DNA from: Eledone cirrhosa
Lineage: Eukaryota
DNA: 64,000 bases
Assembly: GCA_964016885.1 (NCBI GenBank)
Contig: OZ024741.1
Location: 201,934,001 to 201,998,000 of the forward strand
Direction: 5' to 3'
Within the stretch, counting starts at the first letter, position 1; each line of letters begins with the position of its first letter. Under the pieces are notes generated by a model. It did not search any database. It worked only from the letters and a program-made list of their open reading frames with translations, and was not told where the DNA came from. Below are positions 44,379 to 56,507 of the stretch, piece by piece. Made by a program: the position numbers and the translations under genes.

Positions 44379-45470
44379 TCATTATCTATAAAAGGCAGAT
44401 GGTTGTTGTTGTGTGTGTGTTCCATGTTTATAGATTTGCACAATTTCAAACCGATTCGACTCAAAGTCTGTAAGAATGTTGTAAATAGGTCAACGACTAT
44501 TTATTTCATTCAAACTCACCCACAATTACGGAAATAATCGATAAAACTAAATACATGACGCTTTTCCCCTCTAATACAATCTGATTTACTCTCTCTACTC
44601 CCCTTCAAATTCGATAAAACTACATACATGCTTACAAACTTCCTTTAGGAACGCCGAAGAGAGAGAGAAGGGAGTGAGAGGGAGAGAGAGAGAGAACGTT
44701 TGTTTTTGAATGTGGAATGGTCAAACATTTTTTACTTCAATAACAAAGAGAACTTATTACATTTCATACGAAACAACAATTATTCAAAAGCAACAGATAA
44801 ATGTATTCAACAACAACAAAAATAGCGATAAATCTTTTTTAAAACCACTCAACGAACGTGGAAGAAAGAAGTATCAGTTTATTTACTATACACAATAATA
44901 TTCTCTATGAGGTCACTAAACCTGCTAGAAACAGCAGCTAACTCTCCCCCATATCACACACCTCCCTTCTGTCTTAAATTTAGAAAACATATCCTCTATG
45001 AGGTCAATAAACCTGCTAGAAACAGCAGCTAACTCTCCCCCATATCACACCACTCCCTACTGTCTTAAATTTAGAAAACGCATATCCTCTATGAGGTCAC
45101 TAAACCTGCTAGAAACAGCAGCTAACTCTCTCCCATATCACACCCCTCCCTACTGTCTTAAATTTAGAAAACACACATTAGACAACCATGCAGAACAACT
45201 CCATCGCAGCTCTGTTGTTCGGCTGGCATCGTCTACGCGCGTGTTGCGCAAGTACTGTGAAACAATAAATTTCAACACTTCTTTGCACAGAGATAATATC
45301 CATAGGCGAAACTACAATTGTCACTGCTGGCGCAGCTCCTGCTTCGGCAGTCCAGGTCTGCAATTCATTTACCCAATGCCTGGCAGACAAAAAAGTGGTG
45401 CCATAAAATGGATGGTGCAACCTAACTTTCATAACTTACTGACCCCGAGCAACGCCGGGCTTTAATGCTA

Positions 45471-45471
<1 letters not shown>
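44379..45471 (+). mobile_element. Non-autonomous Helitron-like element containing three ~92-bp tandem units (44898..45175)
   Basis: A|TC start; 3' hairpin CCCGAGCAACGCCGGG followed by CTAG|T. Confidence 0.7.
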
Positions 45472-45544
<73 letters not shown>

Positions 45545-45643
45545 ATAATAATAAATTTGAAGACTAAAATCCAAATAGGGCTCGATAAGGTTTCAGAAGA
45601 TCCCGTTAAGGATTTTTTGCTTAAACTTTAATCTGTTATTTTA

Positions 45644-45692
<49 letters not shown>

Positions 45693-45720
45693 AACAAAAG
45701 ATGGTTAAAAGAGTTCCATG

Positions 45721-45791
45721 TATTTTATTATGCGCATTTCAAAAACAAATATCATCATGCAATAATATTTGTGTTTTCATCAGATAAAATA
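45721..45791 (-). ncRNA. Minimal type-I hammerhead ribozyme motif
   Basis: Minus: TATTTTAT-CTGATGA-AAAcACAAATATTATTgcatGATGATATTTGTtTTT-GAAA-T-GCGC-A-TA/ATAAAATA. Confidence 0.8.
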
Positions 45792-46092
45792 GGAAGACAT
45801 GATATGAAGGTTAAAAAACACTTGTGGATAGTGCAGTTTTAAATCAACATATCAATTTTAAATCAACATATCTATTTATTTTTTTTTTTCTCTCTCTCCT
45901 TTTCTTTCTCTCTCCTCTCTATCTCTGTTTTTTCTTTACCTCCGTTTCTTTTTTCTCTCCGTCTTTTTTCTAAATGTGCTTAACACTATAGCTAAATAAT
46001 TATAAACACATCAATATCCAGACAGCTTCCTAATATAACGGTCGCTTATAATATGGCACGTCAAAATTATTTATAAAACTGTTTATATATTG

Positions 46093-46158
46093 TATTTTAT
46101 CTGACGAAGGCATGCCATATTTTTAATATGGTATCCCTGAAATATGTATAATGAAATA
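46093..46158 (+). ncRNA. Minimal type-I hammerhead ribozyme motif
   Basis: TATTTTAT-CTGACGA-AGGcATGCCATATTtttAATATGGTATcCCT-GAAA-T-ATGT-A-TA/ATGAAATA. Confidence 0.85.
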
Positions 46159-46302
46159 AATATGGTTTTATAAATATAGTTTCCATTTGTTTAATATCGT
46201 ATATATATATATATTCCCCACCACCACCCCACTCTCCAGAGCTTGAAATTAATAAACATTGGTTGTACTGCCTCTCTGTTTTGTTCCTGTTCAAATTTTT
46301 CC

Positions 46303-46463
<161 letters not shown>

Positions 46464-46927
46464 TATAATATATATATTAGTCAATGAGTAGTCTCCCTTA
46501 GAGTAAAAGGTCTTGGTAGTATCGTTAGAACGTCGGTCCCAAAATGTTTTCTAACCATTTAATTACGTACCATTCTATTCCGAGTTCAAATCCCCCGCGA
46601 GATGAACTTTGCATTTCCTCCTTCCTGGGGTTCAATATAATTGCTGGTATGGTTCCTATGTTATGTTACGTTCCACCACCCAATCGTTGTCTTGTTAATA
46701 TGACAACATACATCACATACGATTCTATAATCCAATGGCCGATAACTGATCAATATTTTAGTGAATTGTTGCACTTGTTAACTTATTTATGTCTAGTGAT
46801 AGATCACATTATGTGTATATTGCCTATAAAATTGCATGGAGACTATTATATATATAAGGCTTCAAGAACATCGTTTTTGTCTGTTCTCTCGTCTTGGATT
46901 GCCTCGAGAACGTAACGTTATTAAGTA

Positions 46928-47005
46928 AGCTGTCTGATGAGATCATGGCACTGGTTAGGCAGAATCGCGTAGTCGCTGTCATCACTGAAATATGTATCAC
47001 AGGCT
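46928..47005 (+). ncRNA. Type-I hammerhead motif with long stem-II loop
   Basis: CTGT-CTGATGA-GATcATGGCA..TGTCATcACT-GAAA-T-ATGT-A-TC/ACAG; AUC triplet; base of stem II is imperfect. Confidence 0.65.
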
Positions 47006-47432
47006 CATGAATAAAGGACTTTAACATCTTAAACTAATTTGCATTTTCTTATTCTATATATCATCATCATCGTTTGACGTCTATCTTCCACGCTAGCATG
47101 GGTTAGACAGGAATTGTCCCACTTGAGGCAAGATTGATCGGGTAACTGTGTCTCGCTCGTATATCTGGCAGGTTTTCTTCCTAATCCTAACCACATTTAC
47201 AGTGTGGACTGGGAGCCTTTTTACCGTGTTTCCTACACGGCCACTTTACAGCAAGCTTTTTTGTCGTGACACCTACACAACCTCTTTAGTTTGGACTGAA
47301 TGTTCTGTGGTATCAATATAACTTTACAGAGAAAGGGTGATGTTGGTGGAGTGGGAGAATGGAGTAGGGGTAGTGAGTTGGATTGTATATTTGGTTAAGA
47401 GGTGCCTACTGACTTTAGGTTTAACTTTGTAC

Positions 47433-47548
<116 letters not shown>

Positions 47549-48084
47549 CCTGGGTTCAATCGGGGGTAACCACAGTAAGTAAAGTACTCAATATATAGTA
47601 GAGTAATTATTTTAAAAAAAGTTTTATAATGTATATAAAGTATATAAAGTATTACCGGTTTCGATGTATTATTAAAATTCATCTTATCAAATGTTGAGTA
47701 TTGAAATAAAAAATTAAAAAGAATTAATAGGAGTTAAAAACTAAAAATTAAAGATTTAAAATTAAAATCAAATGTTGGAGTAAGTTTTTTTCCCATCTTT
47801 CTTGCTCAAAATTTGGCTGGAGAATAAGTTCTTGTTAATAGAGAGAGGTGGTAGTGAAGATTGCAGAAACTATGTTTCTTCACAGAACAAAGTTGTTATT
47901 TTGGGGCAAAAGAAACATCCTGTAAATATGTGTGTGTATATCTGATTGTGTTAATTGACTGGTCAAGAGTTCAAAAGGGGATAGGAAATTGTAAGCTAGA
48001 GGTAAATTCTATGGCAGCAGCAGTAGTGTAAGAGAAATTCTCTCTCCCCCCTCTCTCTCTCTCTCCCTCTCTCTCTCTCTCTCT

Positions 48085-48165
<81 letters not shown>

Positions 48166-48250
48166 GTGTGTGTGTGTGTATTTCTATATATATATATATA
48201 TTTGTCTATCTATCTATCTATCTATCTGTCAATCTATTTATCTATCTATT

Positions 48251-48297
<47 letters not shown>

Positions 48298-48320
48298 GGG
48301 GTTACACAACAGTTAGTTCA

Positions 48321-48370
48321 CCATACCGAGAACAATTGTTTCACCTTAGCGGATCCTCAGCTCGTAATGG
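48321..48370 (-). ncRNA. Minimal hammerhead motif
   Basis: Minus: CCATtaCGAG-CTGAGGA-tCCgctaaGGt-GAAA-C-AATT-G-TT/CTCGgtATGG; weak stem II. Confidence 0.55.
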
Positions 48371-48592
48371 GCATGGTTATACGGAACAGGAAGGACAACC
48401 GTACGAACGCGCATGCGCAGAAACCCTTCACTTCACACAGGCAATACTAAAATGCGTGCGAGAGGTGTAAGGGAGATAACTGCGAAAGTCCGAAATGTAA
48501 GAAAAAATATTGATGTTGTTACAATAATTCATTCAATCCGGAGCCTTGTAGTTATGCAATAGGTGTTTCGAGACGTGTGGACAACGTGTGAA

Positions 48593-48660
48593 AAATTCAT
48601 TTCTCGTGTTTAGGCAATCACTATTGCAATAGTGATTGCCTAAACACGAGAAATGAATTT
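48593..48660. repeat. Perfect 68-bp palindrome with no spacer
   Basis: AAATTCATTTCTCGTGTTTAGGCAATCACTATTG|CAATAGTGATTGCCTAAACACGAGAAATGAATTT. Confidence 0.95.
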
Positions 48661-48689
48661 ATGTTGTGGTAGCGGTGTTGTGGTGAGAG

Positions 48690-50882
48690 TTACTATGCAT
48701 CTATTACCTTACCGCTCCTTACGGCCGCTTTGGACTTTGCCAAAACACTCACACCCATCACCGACGAGGAGAGAAATATAATTCTCCATGCCAGGAAGGC
48801 AGTCCTACTTTTCGACAACTCCAAGTGGATAAAGAGAGCTCTCGACCCCCCCCCCCTTCGACGTCAGTATGGGCGCGACCGATTCGGCCGAGGTCACCGA
48901 TCTTATAGGATTATTCCTACTATTTAAACTCATCAAAATGTTTCCTGCATTCAGTGGTGGATTGTACCGAGACGATGGGCTCCTTACCCTCAAAGGGTAC
49001 AACCCCAGTAGTACAGACCGAGTCCGTAAACAACTAATCAACTTCTTCCGGGACTGGGGATTTAAAATCACCCTACAAACGTCCCTAACCCGAGTCAATT
49101 TCCTGGACGTTACACTCATCCTTGAAAATGATCTGTACTACCCATACAGGAAACCAAACGACAACCTGCACTACATCCACCGCCGCTTTAACCATCCTAG
49201 AAGCATCACCAATAACCTGGTTAAAAACATCTCCTTCCGCATATCTCATTTGTCCGCTAATGAGCAGATATTAGACGAACATGCGCTTCATTACAACCAG
49301 GCCCTCAAGCGAAGCGGCTTCCAGGAGGAAATATCCTTTTATCCAGCTTCCCTTAGTGGAACCAGCAGGCGACGCCGCCGCTCACGCCACATAACGTGGT
49401 TCAACCCTCCCCACAATGCCGAGGTGGCAACACCTATCGGGAAAATCTTCTTTAGGCTCCTCGAAACACTTCCCATCACAACACCGCTACCACAACATAA
49501 TCAACAAAAACACTATCAAACACTCCTACAGCACCACACCCAACTTCACACAAAAACAACGTGTCTTCAAACAACAAAAAACTCAACCCCTATGGAAGAA
49601 ACAACCTAGACATTAGTGGAGAGCCGACCAGGAGGTGTAACTGCCCTGGTAGATCTACGTGCCCCCTCAACAACAGATGCTGAGAACGTAACGTGATTTA
49701 CCAGTGCAAGGTGAGGATGGACACCTCCAACAAAGCTTATATAGGATTAACCGCTTGTGACTTTAAGACCCGGCTCTACCAACACCAACATACGTTCAGA
49801 AACCCGGTCCGGCGACATGCCACTACACTTTCGGGCTACATCTGGGACCTCCAAGATAATAAAATAACATACAATCTTACTTGGAGCTTACTGTCCAGGG
49901 CTAACTCATACACGGGAGGACGCCATCCGTGTAACTTATGCTCATAGGAAACATTACAAATGCTGTTTACGAAGGACCAACTCCTAAACAAAAAAGACGA
50001 ACTGGTAACTGCATGCAAACACCGATTGCATAGGACTTACCTCACCCTCAAACCCCCTAACGACCCGGGTGAGTAGACAATGGCTGAAACATCCCACTTG
50101 CCGAATAAGATAGGGGAAACCCCAGCTTACATAGGTAGATGTTCCTCTTTTCTTTTCCTCTCTGTTTTCTTCTTCCCTTTGCCTCCTCCTATCAGAGATT
50201 TTGTATTACTTTTTGCTACCCAATTCTATAATTTCAAAAATTCTTACTTAGTATCTCCTATTCTCAACTTATTAACCAATTCTATAGAAGTGGCCGAAAA
50301 AGCAACACCAACTAAATATAGCAGCTGTTTTAGACTTCACAGTTTTTGTTTTTTATCACTTCTTACTATCCAATTTTATATTTTTATATATCTTTCGTTT
50401 ATTTTTTTATTGTCTCCAAATCTCAATTGATTTACCTATTCTATAACGTCCCTCCTCTATTTTCTCCAGAACCCTTTTTCGCCTACTTCCTCTGACCTAC
50501 TTTCATACACAATCCTTAGGTTTGACTGTATAGATTTCACTTTCAACACTTGACCGGCTCCACCCACTCCCTCATTACTCTACAGGCAAGTTCAGCCACC
50601 CCCACCACCCACCCACCGCCATGATAGACTTAACTGTGTTTACAAGAAATCTTGACCAATCCTCTTGACAACTACAATCTTCCCATATAAGGAAGTACCC
50701 CTTGAAAAGTTTGGCTATTTATATACCAGACTAAAAATTCTAATTTAGTTCAGAAATAGCCGTCGAAACGGCTTGAGCTGTGCCGTCGGGGTCATACATT
50801 TTCCTATTACCCACTCTACAACCCTAAGTATTGAGTACTCTGGTACGTTATGTCCATCTGGTTCCTTACCACAACTCCTTCG
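48690..50882 (+). mobile_element. 5'-truncated Penelope-like element (RT plus GIY-YIG, frameshifted)
   Basis: MGATDSAEVTDLIG, GLYRDDGL, VNFLDVTL, YRKPN, NHP, IYQC..KAYIGLT..FKTR..QH, CNLC. Confidence 0.92.
50697..50792 (+). ncRNA. Degenerate hammerhead motif in the Penelope 3' region
   Basis: ACCCC-TTGAAAA (core mutated)-GGCTATTT..AAATAGCC-GAAA-CGGC..GCCG-TC/GGGGT; all three stems present. Confidence 0.55.
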
Positions 50883-50884
50883 TT

Positions 50885-50916
<32 letters not shown>

Positions 50917-51130
50917 ACACTTACATATACACATATAGTTACACATATATATACACATATATATACATATATATACACATATATATACACACATATATAC
51001 ACACATATATATACACATATATATACACATATATATACACACACATATAGTCATACAATAACAGTAATAACAGCAACAATAATATCAGCAACAGTAACAA
51101 CAACAACAATTGTAATAATTCTGAAAATAT

Positions 51131-54100
51131 TTATCTCTCATAATGAATAAAACCAAAATGTTGATTTGTTGCCATATGTCCAAAAATTTTGATATTTTTT
51201 TCAGAAAGTAGGAGACCATTAACACGGTAGACTTCAATATCTTTATCACTGAGGATTAATTGTAAGTTACTGTCTACAGATACTTGGTAAATATTGTTAG
51301 TGTCATCTCCTGATGATATTTTGCTTCTTGTTGTTGATATATAAATATTTTCACCATGTGTTGTGAGATAAGATATGTTATATATATCATATATTGGTGG
51401 TGGTATTTCTAATCTCCTGACCAACTGTTGTTTTCTGTACCAATTGATATAACGGTACCATCTCCCCATTATTGCCTCTAATGTGACAACAACAATGTGT
51501 TCATTTGATGTGACACCAATTGCTGAGACTGCCTCCATCTCCATCTTCTCCATCTCATTTTCTCTAAAACACACTTCAACACTGTATTTCACTCTTCCAC
51601 TATACATATAAACTATATCTACACAAGGTACTCCAGGGTTATATTTAAAAATATCACTATCATCACCATCACCATATAACTCACAGTTATATTCAAACAT
51701 ATTTCTAACACCACTATAACTACACACAAGTTTGTTGTCATTCTTTTTACAAATCATGTTGTAGTACTTTTTAAGTTGGATAGTTTTAATGTAAGAAATA
51801 TTTTTTCTGTAAATCACAAGTTTATGACAGTAAAGGAGAATAAAACAATTATCTGACCATCTGCAAATGTCTATTGGTGTTTCTGGTAATATTTTCCCAT
51901 GGATTATTTCACCTTCTGTTGTTGTTACTGTGAGAATATTTCTCAACATGAACACTGCTACATTGTCATGTAACATAATTAGTTTACTGTAGTAGATGAT
52001 GTCCCTCCTATATTCCTTAGAATATTCAGTCTCATCAACCTTACATCTCTCAGTATATTTAGATATATCAGGATATGTAGGATAGGAAAGAGGAAACAAT
52101 GTTATTCTATGGGGCAGAAACGTCACTGATATTTCATCATTTCCTAACATACACTTTGCCTTGTAATTACCACGTCTCACCAGTAAAGTGTTAATCATTT
52201 CACCTGATGGAGTAATATATCTTGCTTGATTATCAGTTATAATGGCAGGGAGCAGCAGATGAGAATTCACATTTAATGTCTCATGTTTCAGAACATTCAA
52301 TTTGTTGCCATCAACCTGTATGATATGATATTCTGTCAAGTTGATATGTTGACAGAAGTAAATATTTTCTTTTATCCTCGATATAACACCATAAGGTAAA
52401 GAACTGGACCAAACTTCATATTCTGTCAAATCTTCCTTCTTTAGTTGCATTATTTGATATTCATTAGGAAGTGTAACCATAATAAATCCTCCTTCTTCTG
52501 TAAAACAGACTCCACCAACTAAAGTTTCAACATTTCTGTGACATAACAGTTCCCCATCTCTCTGAAATATTTTAACATTACCATAATTGGTTATTTCACA
52601 CACAACTGTTTGTCCATCATCAGAGATGTCCATATCTTTTATTTTAACAGAGCTTTGGTCTGTTTTTACACGACAAACAGGGAACATTTCCCTATTAAGT
52701 TCATATAAACCTTCAACATACAAACACTTTGTATTCCAGTCATATCCAATGAACCTTGGACCTTTAGTGTTAATACTGGTGAAACATATGTCACCCCTAT
52801 AAGGGGTTTTATTTAAAAATACATCCCTGTATTTACCAGTCTGTGACAAACAAACAATCTGTTTATTATTGTCACCAAAGTCGTTATATAATCCCCACTG
52901 TCCATAAATGTACAAATAATTGTCATTTGTTGTTATACAGGTGTTTGGTGGTATGTCCTCATAATATTGTCTGTGTGAATGTAAATAATCAGTTTTACAG
53001 CTGAAGAAAGTGATATATCTACCATTGTAAAATATAATCTCATTCTTAACATTAACTACAATATCAGAGGTGAGATTATTATCATACATATGAAATTGTA
53101 CGTCTTTGATGAACTTAGGTATGTTTATTTCTTTCTTTACTACCACAGTGGAATGTATTTCATCAATATCAATGACAAACAATCTATGTCTACCCATATA
53201 TCTATCTCTATCTCTATCTACACAACTACACACTAGTTGATTGTCTAACAAAGAAGCTATACCATAATAGCTATGGTCTGTCTTATAAGTTACCAAATAC
53301 AATGGAAACTCCACTTCTAAAGTTAACAGCTTGTCTGTATCAGTGGTAATGACCAGTGTGTTTGACCCCCAACGACATATATGTTTAGGGAGATTGTCAT
53401 TTAATTTGATAAAGTCAACAAGTTGACCATCAAATGTTAATATTTTGATGTTGTTATTATTCCTGTCATATAATGCAATCAGGTTATTTTCAGTAATAAC
53501 AACCAAACACTTCTCCTCACTATAATAACCTTCCAAACAAGGCGGTGAAAATATCTTAGCTTTATCAGAAACTGTCAGATCCTGCAGATATAATGTAGAA
53601 GAAAACATTTCACTGACACAGATGTTTCTAGAAAATACATCTACCATGTCAATAAACATGTTAGACTGTTTCTTTGTCACCAGATATACCATCACAGAGT
53701 TATGCTTATTTATAGCCAACACACCATCTTTGTCTATCAGATAATGACAAGTTTTATCAATACATCCACCATATAGATCAGAAAGTGGTAAAATAAGGCT
53801 GAAATCCCTTGAAATACCTCGTTGACCCTTTTTTGATATAGTTTTGTACATAAATATATTTTTCTTAGCCACCATAAATATATTTAATGTATCATTGTCT
53901 ATTGCTAATGACTTTATTTGACATGGGATAGGGACCCTAGAAATTACTTCACCCAGGTTATGTTTTTGAACAGATACAATGTCTATATAGTTTGGTTTGT
54001 TGTCACAATAACCAACAATTCTACCTTCACCAAACTTCCGTATCTGTACATAAGGGTGGTTTAATGATATAATTCTAACTGTTTTTGATAGGTTTCCAAT

Positions 54101-56158
54101 AAGCCTTAATTCTTTCTCTAGGGGTAATGTGACAGCCAATTGACTAGAACCCCATCTACATATATCTGTAGCTACAGATGGCAGATATAATGTAGATAGC
54201 ACTTTTATTTCTTCTCCTTCTTTCTTAGAAATGTATAATAAGCAAGAATTATTTATGTCAGACACCACCAACTGTCCGTTGGGTAGATAACATATTTCAG
54301 CAATCGCAATTTTATTATCATCCTTTTCTTTGTGTCGTATCGTTGGATTTCTGATATAAGGATTTAACTTTTTTAAATGACAAATGGATGATTCACAGTT
54401 ATAAACAAGAATACTCCCTAGTTTATAGTCAAATAAATATATAGTTCCTTCACAAATACCATTACGAAAGCGAGAAGCTACCGGAAGTTTTAATTTCCAT
54501 TTATATTCTCCATAAATATCATAACATGCCATAATAGAGAGTGTAGGGAAGATAACATACAAGTAAAAACTGTCTGCGTAGATATGATAGGGACGGCTGT
54601 TAAAATCAAAATATGTTTCAAAAAGTTCTTCTTCGCCGAAACTAGAATGAAATATTAATTTACGATACTTCTTATCTAAAATAACAAAATAAATTGTAGT
54701 TGTAGCTATACTGACATCACCATGTTCTAATGATTTTAGTTTTTCATATTCTACCTTGTTTTCCTCAATCTTTAATTTATGGAGCTCATTCATTCCACAA
54801 GTGGTCAAAGCCATAAACCTATCTAATACCACATGACATATTTGAATGTAATTCTTTTTTAAAGAAAAGAGTTTACCTTTTTTTAGTTCAGGACATGTAA
54901 TATATTGTATATTTTGTATATTTCTAGTTTTATTGAATAGAACCAGAAATTTGCTGGAGTCTATTCTGCAAAATCTAGATGGTTGGGAATTAAATGTTAA
55001 TTCCTCACCTTTACAAAATTCTGTCCCTCTGTAAGTGTATAATGTCCCACTGTAAGTGTATAATGGGTTTAGATTCCTATATACAACTAATACAGAAGAT
55101 TGTGACATAGGCAGAATCTTATCTATGTTGTTGAGATATTCTATATAAATTTGATCATTCAGACAGGGTGTTGGAATCTTTTGAAAATAAGACATCTTTG
55201 GCCAAAATTTTTTTGTCTTAAAACTATGTATCTGACCAGAAACGTCAGATACTAACATGCTATTTCTGTCAAACCAAGCATATCGAACATTTATCCCAAT
55301 ATCTTTTTGAGACACACCACCTATTGAGGAGACCTTATAAATAACATGTCCTTGAAAGACATAAAAATAATTCCGGAACACAGTGATGCCAGCAGGAATG
55401 TCTATAGAATGGAGGTGAAATTGAAATAATTTATGACCATTCAGATCATAACAAATGATAAAAGTAAAATTATAAAATATTACTAAAACACGATCTTCTG
55501 GTCCTATAGCTATATCTCTAGGATTATGTTTCACCTCAAATTGCTTAATATATGTATTATCAACCCAATTTACCATATAGATTGTTTTTTCTAATAGTTT
55601 AATACCTATGAAATTACTACCCTTAAAATATGAAATTTTATGAAAACCATATTCAAGAGTTTTTATTTCAACACTAGAGGGCGAGAAGAATAAAATTTGG
55701 TTTCGAAATGGTAATGTGGCAATTACCGTATTTTGCTTAAACCTATCAATATCAGTGACCACTGATGAAAAGTGTACCATACAACAAGGACCAGTTGGTG
55801 GTGTATATTTTAATGTCAATATTCGAGGGATATAGGACATGGTACCATTGTTTATAGGAATAATAAATGTTACCGGCAAAGCGATATCATCTACAAGGTC
55901 TACATTATTATCTATTTTAGGGTTTCCATTTTGTAAAGTAGGAACATGTATATTCTGCTTTTGTAGATCAATTTCTTTTTCTAATTCTACATTACTAAAA
56001 ATGTCCACTCCCATACTAGGAATATTAACTGAACATTGACACATTTTCACTATCATAGATTCAATACTACTAACTTCAATTTCAGTCACTGGAAGTAACT
56101 TTTCATCCCCTCCATGTACTGTTTCTATTTCTACTATACTTATCTTGGTATCCTCCAT
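51131..56158 (-). CDS. 1675-aa uninterrupted ORF; about 6 tandem degenerate NHL/six-bladed beta-propeller-like modules, no visible RING or B-box
   Basis: 5-kb open frame in AT-rich DNA. Recurring blade-like motifs: PRDIAIGPEDRVLV, IAEICYLPNGQLVVSDINNSCL, ATDICRWGSSQLAVTLP, PKHICRWGSNTLVIT, VGGVCFTEEGGFIMVTLP, PIDICRWSDNCFILL. Fold assignment is inference from resemblance to molluscan TRIM/NHL-type propellers. Confidence 0.85.
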   Translation of the reverse strand: MEDTKISIVEIETVHGGDEKLLPVTEIEVSSIESMIVKMCQCSVNIPSMGVDIFSNVELEKEIDLQKQNIHVPTLQNGNPKIDNNVDLVDDIALPVTFIIPINNGTMSYIPRILTLKYTPPTGPCCMVHFSSVVTDIDRFKQNTVIATLPFRNQILFFSPSSVEIKTLEYGFHKISYFKGSNFIGIKLLEKTIYMVNWVDNTYIKQFEVKHNPRDIAIGPEDRVLVIFYNFTFIICYDLNGHKLFQFHLHSIDIPAGITVFRNYFYVFQGHVIYKVSSIGGVSQKDIGINVRYAWFDRNSMLVSDVSGQIHSFKTKKFWPKMSYFQKIPTPCLNDQIYIEYLNNIDKILPMSQSSVLVVYRNLNPLYTYSGTLYTYRGTEFCKGEELTFNSQPSRFCRIDSSKFLVLFNKTRNIQNIQYITCPELKKGKLFSLKKNYIQICHVVLDRFMALTTCGMNELHKLKIEENKVEYEKLKSLEHGDVSIATTTIYFVILDKKYRKLIFHSSFGEEELFETYFDFNSRPYHIYADSFYLYVIFPTLSIMACYDIYGEYKWKLKLPVASRFRNGICEGTIYLFDYKLGSILVYNCESSICHLKKLNPYIRNPTIRHKEKDDNKIAIAEICYLPNGQLVVSDINNSCLLYISKKEGEEIKVLSTLYLPSVATDICRWGSSQLAVTLPLEKELRLIGNLSKTVRIISLNHPYVQIRKFGEGRIVGYCDNKPNYIDIVSVQKHNLGEVISRVPIPCQIKSLAIDNDTLNIFMVAKKNIFMYKTISKKGQRGISRDFSLILPLSDLYGGCIDKTCHYLIDKDGVLAINKHNSVMVYLVTKKQSNMFIDMVDVFSRNICVSEMFSSTLYLQDLTVSDKAKIFSPPCLEGYYSEEKCLVVITENNLIALYDRNNNNIKILTFDGQLVDFIKLNDNLPKHICRWGSNTLVITTDTDKLLTLEVEFPLYLVTYKTDHSYYGIASLLDNQLVCSCVDRDRDRYMGRHRLFVIDIDEIHSTVVVKKEINIPKFIKDVQFHMYDNNLTSDIVVNVKNEIIFYNGRYITFFSCKTDYLHSHRQYYEDIPPNTCITTNDNYLYIYGQWGLYNDFGDNNKQIVCLSQTGKYRDVFLNKTPYRGDICFTSINTKGPRFIGYDWNTKCLYVEGLYELNREMFPVCRVKTDQSSVKIKDMDISDDGQTVVCEITNYGNVKIFQRDGELLCHRNVETLVGGVCFTEEGGFIMVTLPNEYQIMQLKKEDLTEYEVWSSSLPYGVISRIKENIYFCQHINLTEYHIIQVDGNKLNVLKHETLNVNSHLLLPAIITDNQARYITPSGEMINTLLVRRGNYKAKCMLGNDEISVTFLPHRITLFPLSYPTYPDISKYTERCKVDETEYSKEYRRDIIYYSKLIMLHDNVAVFMLRNILTVTTTEGEIIHGKILPETPIDICRWSDNCFILLYCHKLVIYRKNISYIKTIQLKKYYNMICKKNDNKLVCSYSGVRNMFEYNCELYGDGDDSDIFKYNPGVPCVDIVYMYSGRVKYSVEVCFRENEMEKMEMEAVSAIGVTSNEHIVVVTLEAIMGRWYRYINWYRKQQLVRRLEIPPPIYDIYNISYLTTHGENIYISTTRSKISSGDDTNNIYQVSVDSNLQLILSDKDIEVYRVNGLLLSEKNIKIFGHMATNQHFGFIHYER

Positions 56159-56368
56159 TGTTTATATCTAGTTACTACAACTGCTTATATATCATATAAT
56201 ATAATGAAAATTATTGTCTACAGCGCTCAGGTCCACTACAATATATGTATGTGTGTGTGTGTGTTTTGGTGTGTAATGAGTGACGTGTATGTTGGTAACT
56301 AATGAGCTTCAATTCCAATTTTCAAGATTTCAAGTTTTCCAGATCAGTTTACCAATTTCCTACCAAAT

Positions 56369-56405
56369 CTAAAATGAAATAAAGGGAAAAGAAACATTGA
56401 TTAGT
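56369..56405 (-). promoter_or_regulatory. Candidate 3' splice acceptor (branch point, polypyrimidine tract, AG) upstream of the long ORF
   Basis: Minus strand reads ACTAATCAATGTTTCTTTTCCCTTTATTTCATTTTAG|ATTTGG. All three frames stop soon after, so the exon would begin in 5'UTR. Same site at 2891..2927 in the other copy. Confidence 0.6.
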
Positions 56406-56466
56406 TTTGTGAAAATATTAGTTTTTCAAGAGAATATCTTTTGTATGTATGTATGTATGGTCCAAT

Positions 56467-56507
<41 letters not shown>

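Noticed and set aside
47648-47695. Degenerate hammerhead on minus strand (TTGATAA..GATG/CATC-GAAACCGGTA)
   Set aside because: Two core mutations and a poor stem I.
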